From Malacoraja senta (lineage: Eukaryota): DNA of 64,000 nucleotides. Below the pieces are notes generated by a model. The model saw only the letters and a program-made list of their open reading frames with translations, ran no database searches and had not been told where the DNA came from. Positions 37,991 through 49,645 of the stretch are shown piece after piece. The stretch spans positions 15,190,001-15,254,000 of the forward strand of contig CM075984.1 of NCBI GenBank assembly GCA_038087875.1, given 5' to 3'. Position 1 is the first letter of the stretch. Each line of letters opens with the position of its first letter. A program made the translations under genes and the position numbers.

Positions 37991-38450
37991 ACGCAGCGGT
38001 AGAGTTGCTGCCTTACAGCACCAGAGACCTGGGTTCGATCCTGACTACTGGTGCTGTCTGTATGGAGTTTGTACGTTCTCCCTGTGATCTCTTCAGTTTT
38101 CTCCATGTGCTCCGGTTTCCTCCCACATCCCAAAGACGTGTAGTTTTGTAGGTTGACAAAAATGCTGGTTTCGGCCCGAAACGTTGCCTATTTCCTTCGC
38201 TCCATAGATGCTGCCTCACCTGCTGAGTTTCTCCAGCATTTTTGTCTACCTTCGATTTTCCAGCATCTGCAGTTCCTTCTTAAACAAATTGTTTTGTAGG
38301 TTAATTGGCTTCTGTAAATTGTCCCTATTGTGTAGGATAGAAATAGTGTACGGGTGATCATTGGTCGGCGTGGCCTCGGTGGGCCGAAGGGCTGTTTCCA
38401 CTCTGTATCTCTAAAACTAAAACTAAAAAAACTAAAAACTAAACTAAAAC
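37991..38450 (+). mobile_element. V-SINE interrupted by a Penelope tail
   Basis: Consensus resumes after 38290. Confidence 0.82.
38155..38290 (+). mobile_element. Penelope tail with a short inverted 5' piece, inserted in a V-SINE
   Basis: 12-bp TSD gttttgtaggtt (38143-38154, 38291-38302). Starts with gacaaaaatgctgg, the reverse complement of its own tail. Confidence 0.82.
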
Positions 38451-38460
38451 AAAAAATCCA

Positions 38461-39480
38461 AACCACTGGATAGGAAGCCAAGAAGCTGCGCATGTCAATG
38501 TAAAAAGGCAGTGCAAATGGATATTTGGGGGGGGGTTGGGTTGAAGTAAAAAGGCAGTGCAAATGGTTGTTTGGGTTTTTTTGGGGTTGAAATAAAAAAG
38601 GCAGTGCAAATGGTTGTTTGGGGGGTTTTGGGGGTTGAAGTAAAAAGGCAGTGCAAATGGTTGTTTGGGGGTGGGGGTTGGGTTGAAGTAAAAAGGCAGT
38701 GCAAATGGTTGTTTGGGGGAGTTTTGGGTTGAAGTAAAAATGTCACCCAACCATTTGCAGTGCCTTTTTACTTCAACCCCAAAACCCCCCAAACAACCAT
38801 TTGCACTGCCTTTTTACTTCAACCCAACCCCCCCCCCCAAACAACCATTTGCACTGCCTTTTTACTTTAACCCCCAAAAAACCCAAACAACCATTTGCAC
38901 TGTCTTTTTACTTCAACCCCCAAAAAAACCAAACAACCATTTGCACTGCCTTTTTACTTCAACCTCCAAAACCCCCCAAACAACCATTTGCACTGCCTTT
39001 TTACTTCAACCCCAAAACCCCCCAAACAACCATTTGCACTGCCCTTTTACTTCAACCCAAACCCACCAAACAACCATTTGCACTGCCTTTTTAATTCAAA
39101 CCAACCATATTTTCATTTTCAAATCACATTAAGGGCACTCACAGTTGAGTAGACATGTGTTCAGTGTTATTCAGAGCTCAGAGAGATGTGAACCTCTCAC
39201 TTCCTCCATCTTGCAGAGACTGAGTGAGGCACACCACTTCCGGGTTTTATAGTCCCTCTCCCCTCCCACCAGCAGGGGCAGCGGAGAGAATGGCAACATT
39301 TTTTAAAACATTAATATATCTCTGATTTTTCATCGATGGGAAAAATCCTCCAGTCCCGGCAGGCAGAGGGGGGCTCTGAGCGAGGTGGCCAAAAATGACG
39401 GCCGTAGGTGGCGGCGTTCTCTCAGAAATCACAGCACAGCGAGCCAAAAGCGGTCAAGATCAGACTTTTAGTAATATAGA
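38461..39480 (-). mobile_element. Helitron-like non-autonomous element containing a minisatellite
   Basis: Minus strand begins A|TCTATATTACTAAAAG, resembling a Helitron 5' TC end. No clear 3' hairpin plus CTRR, and no TSD found. Confidence 0.45.
38500..39100. repeat. Minisatellite of about 46 bp: 5 units in one orientation, then 8 inverted units
   Basis: Unit gtaaaaaggcagtgcaaatggttgtttg(g/t)nggttgaa; orientation flips at about 38741-38748. Confidence 0.95.
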
Positions 39481-39793
39481 TATAGATTTATATATATACT
39501 GGTCTTCACATCACAATATGATTCTTGAAAAAGATTAAATTCAATGACACTTTATTGTCACATGTGCCTAGATTCAGTGAAATTCTTTGCTTTGCATACA
39601 ATCCAGTAAAATCATACGACAGACCTCACAAAGTCGCCACGTTTCTGGCGCCGACGAAGTTACAAAAAGTTAATCGAACAGGCTTATCTTTCTCTCGCAG
39701 CGGTGAACCAGTATTGCCGCTGCACAGTCTCTTGCCATGTCTTGCATCAATCTCATGCAAACTAATGACCTGCATGGCCACTTCCCTTTCTTC

Positions 39794-39876
39794 CTGAAGA
39801 AGGGTCTTGACCCAAAACGTCACCCATTCCTTCTCTCCAGAGATGCTGCCTGTCCGTCAGCTTTTTGTGTCTATCC
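39794..39876 (+). mobile_element. Penelope hammerhead-tail copy, core G12 mutated
   Basis: ctgaagaagggtcttgacccaaaacgtcacc plus the tail. Confidence 0.7.
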
Positions 39877-39923
39877 CTTTCTTACCCTTATGTGTTCTTA
39901 CACAGAATGTCCTATAGCTTAGC

Positions 39924-40225
39924 TTTAGTTTTCTATTTTTAGAGCTGCAAAGTGGAAACAGGCCCTTCCGCCCACCGAGTCTACGCTGACTAGCAATCCC
40001 CGCACATTAACACTATCCTACACACAGTAGGGACAATTTACAATTATACCAAGCCAATTAGCCTATAAACCTGTATGTGTTTGGAGTGTGGAAGGAATCC
40101 AGAAATCCCGGAGAAACCCCACACAGGTCACGGGGAGAAGGTACAATCTCCATACAGACAGCACCCCTAGACAGGATCGAACCCAGGTCTCTGGCAGCAA
40201 CTGTACCGCTGCGCCACTGTGCCCC
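39924..40225 (-). mobile_element. V-SINE (HE1-like)
   Basis: Same consensus. Confidence 0.83.
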
Positions 40226-41304
40226 CAATAATTCTGTGTACTCTGATGAATGAGGACGATGGCATAAACTGTGGGAGAGTTAAAAGTAGAAATACATTAC
40301 CTTATAATTGCTTGTACATATATACACTTGCATTGTGTGTAGGTGCAAATGCAAAACATGGTTCCCATTCCACTATAAGTGTTCCCATTTTTATCATAGT
40401 AGATACTGGGAAGTTAATCTGTGAAAGTTTGGAAATATGAATTATCGTGGCAGTAAAGAAATCTATCATTACTGTGAGGTAAAGGGCTATTGTCTAATGT
40501 ATTAAGCTGATGCACAGAAGGTGATTACTGTCATTTACAGTATATCCCTGTTCTTTGGCAGAGACTGCTTTTGCCATCATACAAATGCAATGTTAGCATG
40601 CCAAGCGGACTAGAGTATAAAAGCAGGGATGTCCAATTTGCCCCATGCCGTTTGAGTTACCCATCCACACTAGTCCCACCTGCCTGCATCATCTGCAAAA
40701 GTACTAATCACGCCTTGTACATTCTAGACAAGTTGCCATGCCCATCAATATCAGTGCATACAGAGACATTTGGATCAGTATTCTTTTGCAAAGCTCATTA
40801 GATTAATAGTGAAGAGGATGATGACATAGTCTATCAAGCATTGTTGCCTGGCCCATTTTGATGGGGCTGTCACTGTTGGTAAACAACAATCCAGCTGACA
40901 ACTTGCAGATTGCAGGGGGAATGACAGGTGCATTTTTGCAGAATGAGCTGCACGATGCGGAGGGAGAAATTATACCTGTCTTCTTGCCGAAAAGCTGCAA
41001 AACAAATTCCTCTTAGTTATTTTCATTCAGTGGTCGGACAGCTTTCTGCTCTGTGCAGCATGTAAACCTGTAGCTGTCATCAGTAATCAGGAATGAGCTA
41101 CATCAGTAGATCCCAATATTCTTTAAATATCGTGGGGCCTCATGTATTTCCAACAGGAGTGCTGGCGGTCCAACCTAAAGCCTTCGCGGAAATAAAACTG
41201 TATTACAGTGCTCCTTTTAATGTTATCTCATTGCTGGCCCATTCATGCTGAACAAATAGATGGTACATTGATCACCAATAATAATCCATAGAACAGGATT
41301 CCCA

Positions 41305-43330
41305 AAGAGTTAGTTTGCAAGTTGAATTGGTAGTAAGGAAGGCAAATGCAATAGCAGCATTTATTTTGGGAGGACTTGAAATATAAAAACACGGATGTAA
41401 TGCTGAGGCTTTATAAGGCACTGGTCAGACCGCATTTGGAGTAATGTGGACATTTTTGGGCCCCATTTTTGAGGAAGGACATGCTGGCTTTGGAGATGAT
41501 CCAGAGGAGATTTATGAAAATGATCCCAGGAATAATTGGGTTAACGTATGATGAGCGTTTGAAGCAGGCACGTGCCGTGAGTAATTACTCAGGGTAGGCA
41601 GTCAGTCGGCTTTAAAAAAAAAAATTTAAATCGCGCATGCGCAGATTGTTCTCTCCGTAAAAATAAAAAATAAAAATAAAGACAGTAAAAATGCAATTTG
41701 CCCAAGGCTTCCAAGTCTCCTTTATTCTGAATTACTGAATGGGTGGGAGGTGGAGGGTGACGGCAGGTGGAGAGATGGTGGGAACAACGGGAGTACAGGG
41801 AAAAGTTGAATCAGTTGTCATCTAATTGAATGACAACACTTGTTCAAGGGACCAATTGGGGGGAGAGTTCCTTTCACAGCGTGTGGAGAGTCTGTGCCAG
41901 GGGTAAAGTTGCGGGGAGGGCAGGAGTGTTGAGAAGGAGGGGGTCTGGTATAATGCCAGTAACTCACTCACTCACCGCTGTCGCAGCTCTCCGGGCGCCA
42001 CCGCATTGTAGCCGGGGATAGAAGCAGCTCGGGTGGCTGCGTGCGGCCGCCGGGACCTGACAGCAGAACTGGTCCCCACTTCAGCGCATTCTGCTGGCCC
42101 GCTCACCTTTGGCAGTGCTCTCCGTCTGAACACCTTTCACCTGCCGCTCGCCGGCCTCGCTCATGTTAGCTGCCTCCTGCAAATCCTTAAATTCCCACAG
42201 CCGAGTAACCTCAATCGCGTTGTCAGAGTTTAAGGACATGAGTGAGGCCAGCGAGCGGCAGGAGAGAGGTTTTTAGACGGAGAGCTGCCAGAGGTGAGCA
42301 GGGACCAGCAGAAGGAGCTGAGGTGGCGGCCAGTTCCGCTGTCCGGCCCGGCGGCCGCTCACAGCCACCCGAGCTGCTTCTCCCCCCCCCCCCCCTCCGC
42401 CTCAATGCAGTGGCTCCGTGCAAGGAGAGTCGCAAGTGGCATTATCCCGACCCCCTCCTTCACAACATTCGTGCCCTCCCCGCAACTTTACCCCGGGCCA
42501 AACTGCCCAAACGCTGTGAAAGGAACTCTCCCCACACCCCGGGAAATACGGTATTTAAAAACATAAACACAAAATGTACTTACCACATTATCGGTACACA
42601 AACTCCATTCTTCTCTCTTTGTTTCCTAAGATACACTTAAAATAATTACAATCCATATTTGAAAACCCCGCCAAGAAACCAGCACTACGCATGCGCAGTA
42701 GGCTGCTGCGCCTGCGCAGTGCTGCAAAGGCAGAATTTCTGCTGCCTCCAGCTCCCCTTGAAATTGACGGCTTCAGGCAGCGCTCTTAGATAATAAGCAT
42801 AATTCTCCCATGCCTTTATTATTTATATTTAGTTATTACCATTTTATAATTTTAGTCAGGATAGGCAGTGCCTACCTTGCCTACCCTGACGGCACGTGCC
42901 TGGTTTGAAGGCACTGGGCCTGTACTTGCTGGAGTTTAGAAGGATGAGGGGACCTTCATTGAAACTTACCAAATAGTGAAAGGCATGGATAGAGTGGATA
43001 GAGTGGATGTAGAGAGGGTGTTTCCATTCGTGGAAGAGTCTTGCACCAGAGCTCATAGCCTCAGAATAAAAGGACATACCTTTATAAAGGAGTTGAGGAG
43101 GAATTTTGTTAGCCAGAGAGTAGTGAATCTGTCAAATTCATTGCCACAGACGGCTGTGGAGCCCAAGACATTGGGTATTTTTAAGGCGGAGATTGACATA
43201 TTTTTGATTAGTAAGGGTGCCGAGGGTTATGAGGGGAAGGCAGGACAATGGGGTTGAGAGGGAAAGATGCATCGGCCACGATTGAATGGCAGAGTAGACT
43301 CGATGGGCTGAATGACCTAATTGTGCTTGC
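41305..43330 (+). mobile_element. CR1 3' fragment split by the hAT element
   Basis: CR1 ORF2 C-terminus continues across the gtttgaag TSD. Confidence 0.85.
41565..42902. mobile_element. Non-autonomous hAT-type DNA transposon with an internal palindrome
   Basis: TIR caggcacgtgccgt / acggcacgtgcctg; perfect 8-bp TSD gtttgaag (41557-41564, 42903-42910). Interrupts a CR1 fragment. Confidence 0.92.
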
Positions 43331-43584
43331 ATAACTTTAGAAGGGACAAGATTGCGGAGGGACAAGATTGAACAGAATATTGAACTGTGCCCACTGATAA
43401 TCTACTTACCGCATGCACACAGTTACTTGAATGCTGAACCTTGTGGATGTTTACACTTATTTTGAAAACTCGCTGTAGTAAAGCTAGTAAATGTAAATTA
43501 TTGACGTATTTGTTTCTATCAACTTCTTACAAGTTAATATTCACGATTGTTCTAATCATTTGATTTTCTTTTTGTTGTTCACAG

Positions 43585-44058
43585 GTGAGGTACTTAGGAA
43601 AAGTGGTCATGAAGGGGACACAATTTATGTCAGGCTGCACCGAGAGGTCAGTTGTGGAGTTGTGGGAGAAGCAGACACTGGATCAAGAAGACATATCATC
43701 AGCCAATGCCATTTTGGAGATCCGCCCTTTCCAGGTCCGTCTCCACCATTTGGATTCCACGAGGGAGGCCGCGGTCCAAATGGATACTTTCCAGGTATCG
43801 CGCATTGCCTATTGCACAGCAGATCACAACGTCAGCACCAACATCTTTGCATGGCTTTACAGGGAGATCAATGACGATTTGTCCTACCAGATAGATTGCC
43901 ACGCGGTCGAATGTGGGAGTAAGCTCGAAGCCAAAAAACTAGCGCACGCCATGATGGAGGCGTTCAAGAAGACCTTCACCAGCATGAAGAATGACGGGAA
44001 AATCCACCACAGCAGCTCGGAGGAGGAAGCAGAGTCCGCAGCTTCGGATGACGGCTGA
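43585..44058 (+). CDS. PID1: Terminal coding exon of PID1 (phosphotyrosine interaction domain containing 1 / PTB-containing, cubilin and LRP1-interacting protein)
   Basis: Translation V-R-YLGKV...SGCTE...LW...EIRPFQV.LHHLD...MDTFQV.RIAYCTADHNVS.NIFAW.YREINDDLSYQ.DCHAVEC.SKLEAKKLAHAMMEAF.KTF...SDDG* matches the vertebrate PID1 PTB domain and C-terminus as I recall it. A pyrimidine tract and splice acceptor ttgttgttcacAG (43583-43584) precede it in phase 0, so the first GTG is Val rather than a start codon. Confidence 0.96.
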   Translation: MRYLGKVVMKGTQFMSGCTERSVVELWEKQTLDQEDISSANAILEIRPFQVRLHHLDSTREAAVQMDTFQVSRIAYCTADHNVSTNIFAWLYREINDDLSYQIDCHAVECGSKLEAKKLAHAMMEAFKKTFTSMKNDGKIHHSSSEEEAESAASDDG

Positions 44059-45610
44059 GAGGGAAATCGATGTATCCGGGATCAACGTTGAAGTCTGGCC
44101 TGACGATTAGAGCCATTTGAAAGAAACAAATAGAGGAAATCTAATTGAAGATGAAATGCCAATGAACCCTTGGTTGGTTAGCTTGCCAAATTAGCCAAGT
44201 GACAATACATAATGAGAAAAGTTTTTAAAAAAGATTACGCATTATTAAATAGTTGCATTGAAATTTAAAACAACTGCTCTGCTCTGACTGTGAGTGTACA
44301 ATCTCTAATTCCCTATGGGAGTTCGACACATCTGCTGATGTTAGTTCTTTGCTAATTTACCTAAAAAAAATCTTGAAACTAACAGAACAATTAACTTTAT
44401 CGCTGCAACCAAGAATTAAACCAGTTTAACTACAGAGGAAGTATCACACAGGCAAAACAGTTAGGAAAAACGAAATGGAAATTTTACATTCAGATTGGAA
44501 CAAAACCAGCAAGACTTACACATGAAAACAATTAAAAAGCAATGCATTGATCTATCTTCATATCTTTCTACCAACATATAAGCTACAATATATTTAAAGA
44601 TATATTCCATTTTTATAAAATATATTTCAAATGTAAGTATTAAAATGTAATGTTTAAATCTTTAAAAAATTGTGGAGTATTATCAACTGTGAAAAACATG
44701 GAAATATTTGATTGTAAATTCAGAGGTTTGTCACGTGGAAATCTCTGATCTGCAGTTGTTTCTCAAAAGCAGAGGAATAAACCAGGCATTAAAAATCTTT
44801 AGCCAGCACGACTGTTTAAATGGACTCAAATTGTATTGTATATTTTAAATTTGTTTTAGTTTCAGTGCAAGCAAGAATCATTTCACATTTTGATTTCCCC
44901 TTGTTCAGTACAAGCTGCTTGTTTCAGTTACATTCACCTGGATAGATTACACAAATCAGGCTTTGTCAATTGAAAGTCAACGGGAGGCTTATGTTCTGAA
45001 ACCTTTGTAGATTTAATCTTAATACCTTGATGCTGGCCTTTAAATCATGGTGTTGCATTCTTCAAAGAAGATGGCAAGTCACAGTAAATGGCCACTTCCT
45101 ATTTCTAGCTTCTATTCTTCCACAATATGCCCTATTATTTTGTCCGCTGTGAGAGAGCTGTGAATCTTTCATAACGGAAATAGATTCGTTTTCCATTTTC
45201 CTATCCGTGCCTTTGCACCCGCTTGTTGGCTGTAAGTAGAAAACTGGGTTCCCAAACTGGTCAGAGCTTTTCCATTTTCATCAAGGTAGACGCTGGAAGG
45301 CTTATATACCAATATATATATGGTATGGATAATTATGTCAGTGAAGAAAGCCATTGCTGCACTGGGATAGTGAACGGAACAGATTGTAAGGTAGAAAATC
45401 AGTAAGCAGCTGAGTACAGCCGACTAATAAATCTGTGTTCATGTGAATTGTCCATTTAGCAAAATGAAGTGACTTGTTATTTCAGTGGCAGCATACTGTC
45501 ACCACAGCATGTAAACCAAGATTATCCGAGTGTGTGATTGTTTTTTCGGAAGTACAATGTTGCCTGCATTTGTCAAATTACAAAATAAATTGTTATATGG
45601 TGAGGTTTGG
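44059..45610 (+). other. PID1: Probable PID1 3' UTR
   Basis: AT-rich stretch free of recognisable repeats after the stop codon. AATAAA at 44776, 45426 and 45584; the last is followed by GT/T-rich sequence. Confidence 0.6.
45584..45589 (+). terminator. Candidate polyadenylation signal of PID1
   Basis: AATAAA followed by tgttatatggtgaggtttggg...ttattttattgtt, near the end of the repeat-free zone. Confidence 0.45.
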
Positions 45611-46302
45611 GTAGACGGTCATTATTTTATTGTTGGGAGATGAATTAATTTTGCAACTGCCCTGGGTGATAGCGCACCTGTTCACAACTTCCTTAATCAT
45701 CTCCACATAGGAAATCTGTGGAAAATCTGAAATGCTTTTAGGAGATTGTTGAATCATTTGGAGTTAAGATGAGAATCTGGGCCTGTAATAGAGCTCAGAC
45801 GACAGAGAATCAATACGAGTGCTGATCGGAACATAGGAAAATATGTGCAGGAGTAGGCCATTCGATCCTTCGAGCCAGTAACTCGATCATAGCTGATCAT
45901 CTAAAATCATTCCCCCTTTCCTGTTTTCTCCCCATATCCCTTGATTCCTTTAGCCCTAAGAGCTAAATCTAACTCATTATATTGTCTGAATCGTTATCAT
46001 TGGCTGAAGCATGGCCATGAGAGATTTTACTTTTCACATCTCTTTGGGACTTTGCAGTTTCCTCCTGGGACAGACATTGATGCAAGTAATGGGTGGAGGT
46101 CAGGGAATGGTGACATGAAATGGTGTAGCAGCTGGCGACCGCTGCAGGTCCCTGTTCAGGATCTGAGCCAAGTCAAATGGGGAAGGGAGATCATCAAGGA
46201 TGCATGCAGTGAGAGGAGTAGACTTGTCTGGGGAAATGGCAGCCAAGGTGCTACTATGGCCTCAGAAACAGAGGCTGCAGAATGGTTGCAGCATGATGAA
46301 GG

Positions 46303-46885
46303 TCATGAGGTCATGTGATAGGAGTAGAATTAGGCCATTTGGCCCATCAAGTCTACTCCGCCATTCAATCAAGGCTGATCTATCTCTCCTTCCTAACCCC
46401 ATTCTTCTGCCTTCTCCCCATAACCTCTGGCACCCATACAAATCAAAAATCTATCTATCTCTGCCTTAAAAATATCCACTGACTTGGCCTCCACAACCTT
46501 CTGTGGCAAATAATTCCACAGATTTACCACCCTCTGACTAAAGAAATTTCTCCTCGTCTCCTTCCTAAAAGAGCGCCCTTTTATTCTGAGGCTATGACCT
46601 CTAGTCCTAGACTTTCCCGATAGTGGAAACATCCTCTCCACACTCTATCCAAGCCTTTCACTATTCTGTATGTTTCAATGAGGTCCCCCCTCATTTTACC
46701 GAACTCCAGCTAGTTCTGGCCCAAATGCCAACAAACGCTCATCATAGGTTAACCTACTCATTCCTGGGATCATTCTTCTAAAGCTCCTCTGGACCCTCTC
46801 CAGAGCCAGCACATCCTTCCTACGTTATGGTGCCCAAAACTGCTCACAATGTTCCCAATGTGTCCTTACCAGCGCCTAATAGAGG
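46303..46885 (-). mobile_element. CR1 3' fragment
   Basis: MERMFP...TRGHSLRIKG...QRVVNLWN and the 3' UTR. Confidence 0.88.
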
Positions 46886-47540
46886 CTGCTCAGTCCATCC
46901 AGTCCCTACTCGCTCGATGTTAGAGCTAATCCAACAGTCAAATCCCCCACTCTCCAAATTCCTTCCAGCTCCTTTTTGAACACTGCAATTGAACTTATAT
47001 CCACAATTATCCCAGCTGTGGACTTCGGACTACAAATGTTCATTGCACAATAAGTGTTTCCTCATGTTACTTTAGTTCTTTTGCAATCCATTGCAAATTG
47101 TGTATCCTCTGATTCTTGACTAATCCATGAGCTATATCGAACAAAATAAAACATCTAAGCCTAATCTGATCATGGTACGTGACCAGCTCTTGCCAACAGG
47201 TCAGATATTATGCAATCCTTGTAGTACCAGTGCAAAAAATAGGCAAAATTTGCATATTGCCATCAGATTTTGACATAGCAATGTTCGGGCACAATAATTG
47301 AAAAGCACACAGACTTAGTGTTTGGCCAGGTTCCACTGATCTCTCTGAAATAAGGACAACAAGTAAGAATTTCATTTATATCTGGGACATATGACAATAA
47401 AACACTTTTGACTTGATTGTCTTGAATCCATTCAAAGAGCAATAGCCCTGAAGGAACAATAGGATATTTCACAATTGTTGCATTGGGCTGGAGCCAATTT
47501 ACCTTGGCTTATCACAGTGGGTCATGATAAATTGAGACAT

Positions 47541-47794
47541 TTAGTTGAGTGTAGTTTAAAGATACTTACTGGAAACAGGCCCTTCGGCCCACCGAGTCCG
47601 TGACGACCAGCAATCCTCCCTCGCACACTAAAACTATCCTACACACACTCAGTGCAATTTATTCTTTTACCAAACCAATTCGCCTACAAACCTGTATATC
47701 TTTGGAGTTTGGGAGGAAACCAGAGTTCCCGGATCAAACCCGGGTCCGTGGTACTGTAAGGCAGAAACTCTACTGCTGCACAACCGTGCCATCC
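47541..47794 (-). mobile_element. V-SINE, internally deleted
   Basis: Same consensus. Confidence 0.8.
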
Positions 47795-48156
47795 CTAATG
47801 TTTGGGATAAAAAGGTGCAAAGCTCTTCTCTTTTGTTATTTTGTCTCAGGATTTTAATCAATTAAAAAAAATAGAGATTTTCACGAATACTTTGGACCGG
47901 ACAAATTGGACTTTATCTTGCACTAAACATTATTCCCTTTACCCTCTATCTATACACTGTGGACGGCGCGATTGTAATCATGCACAATCTTTTCGCTGAC
48001 TGGATAGCACGCAACAAGAAGCTTTTCACTGAACCTCGGTACACGTGACAATAATAAACTAAACTAAAATAAATACGTTTAGAAGAAACCAGTTCTTTAT
48101 CTAGATTGTTAAATGTCAAGCAGGACAAATGTTTGCAGCTAACATGCATAACGTAA

Positions 48157-48250
48157 GGTAGACAAAAATGCTGGAGAAACTCAGCGGGTGAGGCAGCATC
48201 TATGGAGCGAAGGAAATAGGCAACGTTTCGGGTCGAAACCCTTCTTCAGA
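48157..48250 (-). mobile_element. Penelope hammerhead-tail mini-insertion
   Basis: Starts at the hammerhead; same subfamily as 7666-7757. Confidence 0.78.
48217..48250 (-). ncRNA. Minimal hammerhead ribozyme motif
   Basis: Minus strand CTGAAGA-agggtttcgaccc-GAAA-cg-TT-gccta. Confidence 0.68.
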
Positions 48251-48844
48251 ACATAAAGACTTGCTTTCTTAAATAACTAAGAATGGGCTTAACAAAAATG
48301 TGATATGAGGGAATAGCTAAAGATATAATAAGGAAAAGGATGAATAAAAAAACAGTATTTCGTGGGCAATAAATGATATAAATTATAATTTATTGAGATG
48401 GTTTGTTGGGAAAGGTTGTTGAAAGATTGGTTGATTAAGAGAATTCACAGAGAACTGAACTTGCATTCACTGGACTGTGCAGACACAGGTGCTTCAGTCT
48501 AACGTCCCCAGATTTCACAGGGCCTTCTTCCACCCAACCCAGCAGCAATCCACCCCCGGACCACCGACTGGAATAAAGACAGAAAATGCTGAAGACACTC
48601 GAAAGATCGGGAGCAGCAGTGGAGAGAAAAACAGGGCTAATGTGAACGCTCTCATAAAAGGTCATTGACACAAAGCATTCATTCTGTTTATCTCTTCACG
48701 GATACCACCTGACATACTGAATATTTCCAGCACTTTTTATTTTCGTTCTGCAGGATTTTATTTTGCGATTTCACAGAGAATAAGACCCAAATCATTGTTA
48801 GATCTTGAATGCCTACATTAGTTCATGTTAATAGCCTCCAGAGT

Positions 48845-49110
48845 TAGGCCATTCAGCCCATCGTCTACTATGCCATTCAATCATGGTGGATCTATCTTTC
48901 CCTCTTAACCACATTCTCCTGCCTTCTCCCCATAACTCCTGACACCCAGACTAATCAAGAATTTGTCAATCTCTGCCTTAAAAAATATCCATTGACTTGG
49001 CCTCCACAGCGTCTGTGGCAATGAATTCCACAGATTTACCACCCTCTAAAGAAATTCCTCCTCATCTCCTTTCTAAATGTATGTCCTTTTATTCTGAGGC
49101 AATGGCTATA
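48845..49110 (-). mobile_element. CR1 3' fragment
   Basis: CR1 3' UTR and the VNLWNSLP region. Confidence 0.8.
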
Positions 49111-49159
49111 GTTTTGCAGTGGTCCCAAATTGGCATTAATTGAGAACTAATGATATTTA

Positions 49160-49645
49160 TTATAGACAATAGACAATAGGTGCAGGAGTAGGCCATTCGG
49201 CCCTTCGAGCCAGCACCGCCATTCAATGTGATCATGGCTGATCCACAATCAGTACCCCGTTCCTGCCTTCTCCCCATATCCCCTGACTCCGCTATCTTTA
49301 AGAACCCTACCTAGCTCTCTCTTGAAAGTATCCAGAGAACCGGCCTCCACCGCCCTCTGAGGCAGAGAATTCCACAGACTCACAACTCTCTGTGTGAAAG
49401 AATGTTTCCTCGTCTCCGTTATAAATAGCTTACCCCTTATTCTTAAACTGTGGCCCCTGGCTCTGGACTCCCCCAACATCGGGAACATGTTTCCTGCCTC
49501 TAGCATGTCCAGACCCTTAATAATCTTATATGTTTCAATGAGATCCCCTCTCATCCTTCTAAACTGCAGAGTATACAAGCCCAGCCGCTCCATGCTCTTA
49601 GCATATGACAGTCCCGCCATCCTGGGAATTAACCTTGTAAACCTA
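49160..49645 (-). mobile_element. CR1 3' fragment
   Basis: RFTRLIP.MAGLSY...LWNSLP; (acaatag)n tail. Confidence 0.9.

Noticed and set aside
38500-39100. CRISPR-like array (constant repeat with variable intervals)
   Set aside because: The intervals are slippage variants of the same G/T run rather than unique spacers; the context is eukaryotic and no cas genes are present.
38439-39152. Repetitive ORFs (QPFALPFYFNP, NNHLHCLF)
   Set aside because: Translations of the minisatellite in several frames.
1-43584. Upstream PID1 coding exons
   Set aside because: I could not find sequence resembling the preceding exon; it probably lies upstream of the window. A tBLASTn search would settle this.
43560-43902. 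Alternative-frame and antisense ORFs over the PID1 exon
   Set aside because: Shadow frames of the real coding exon.
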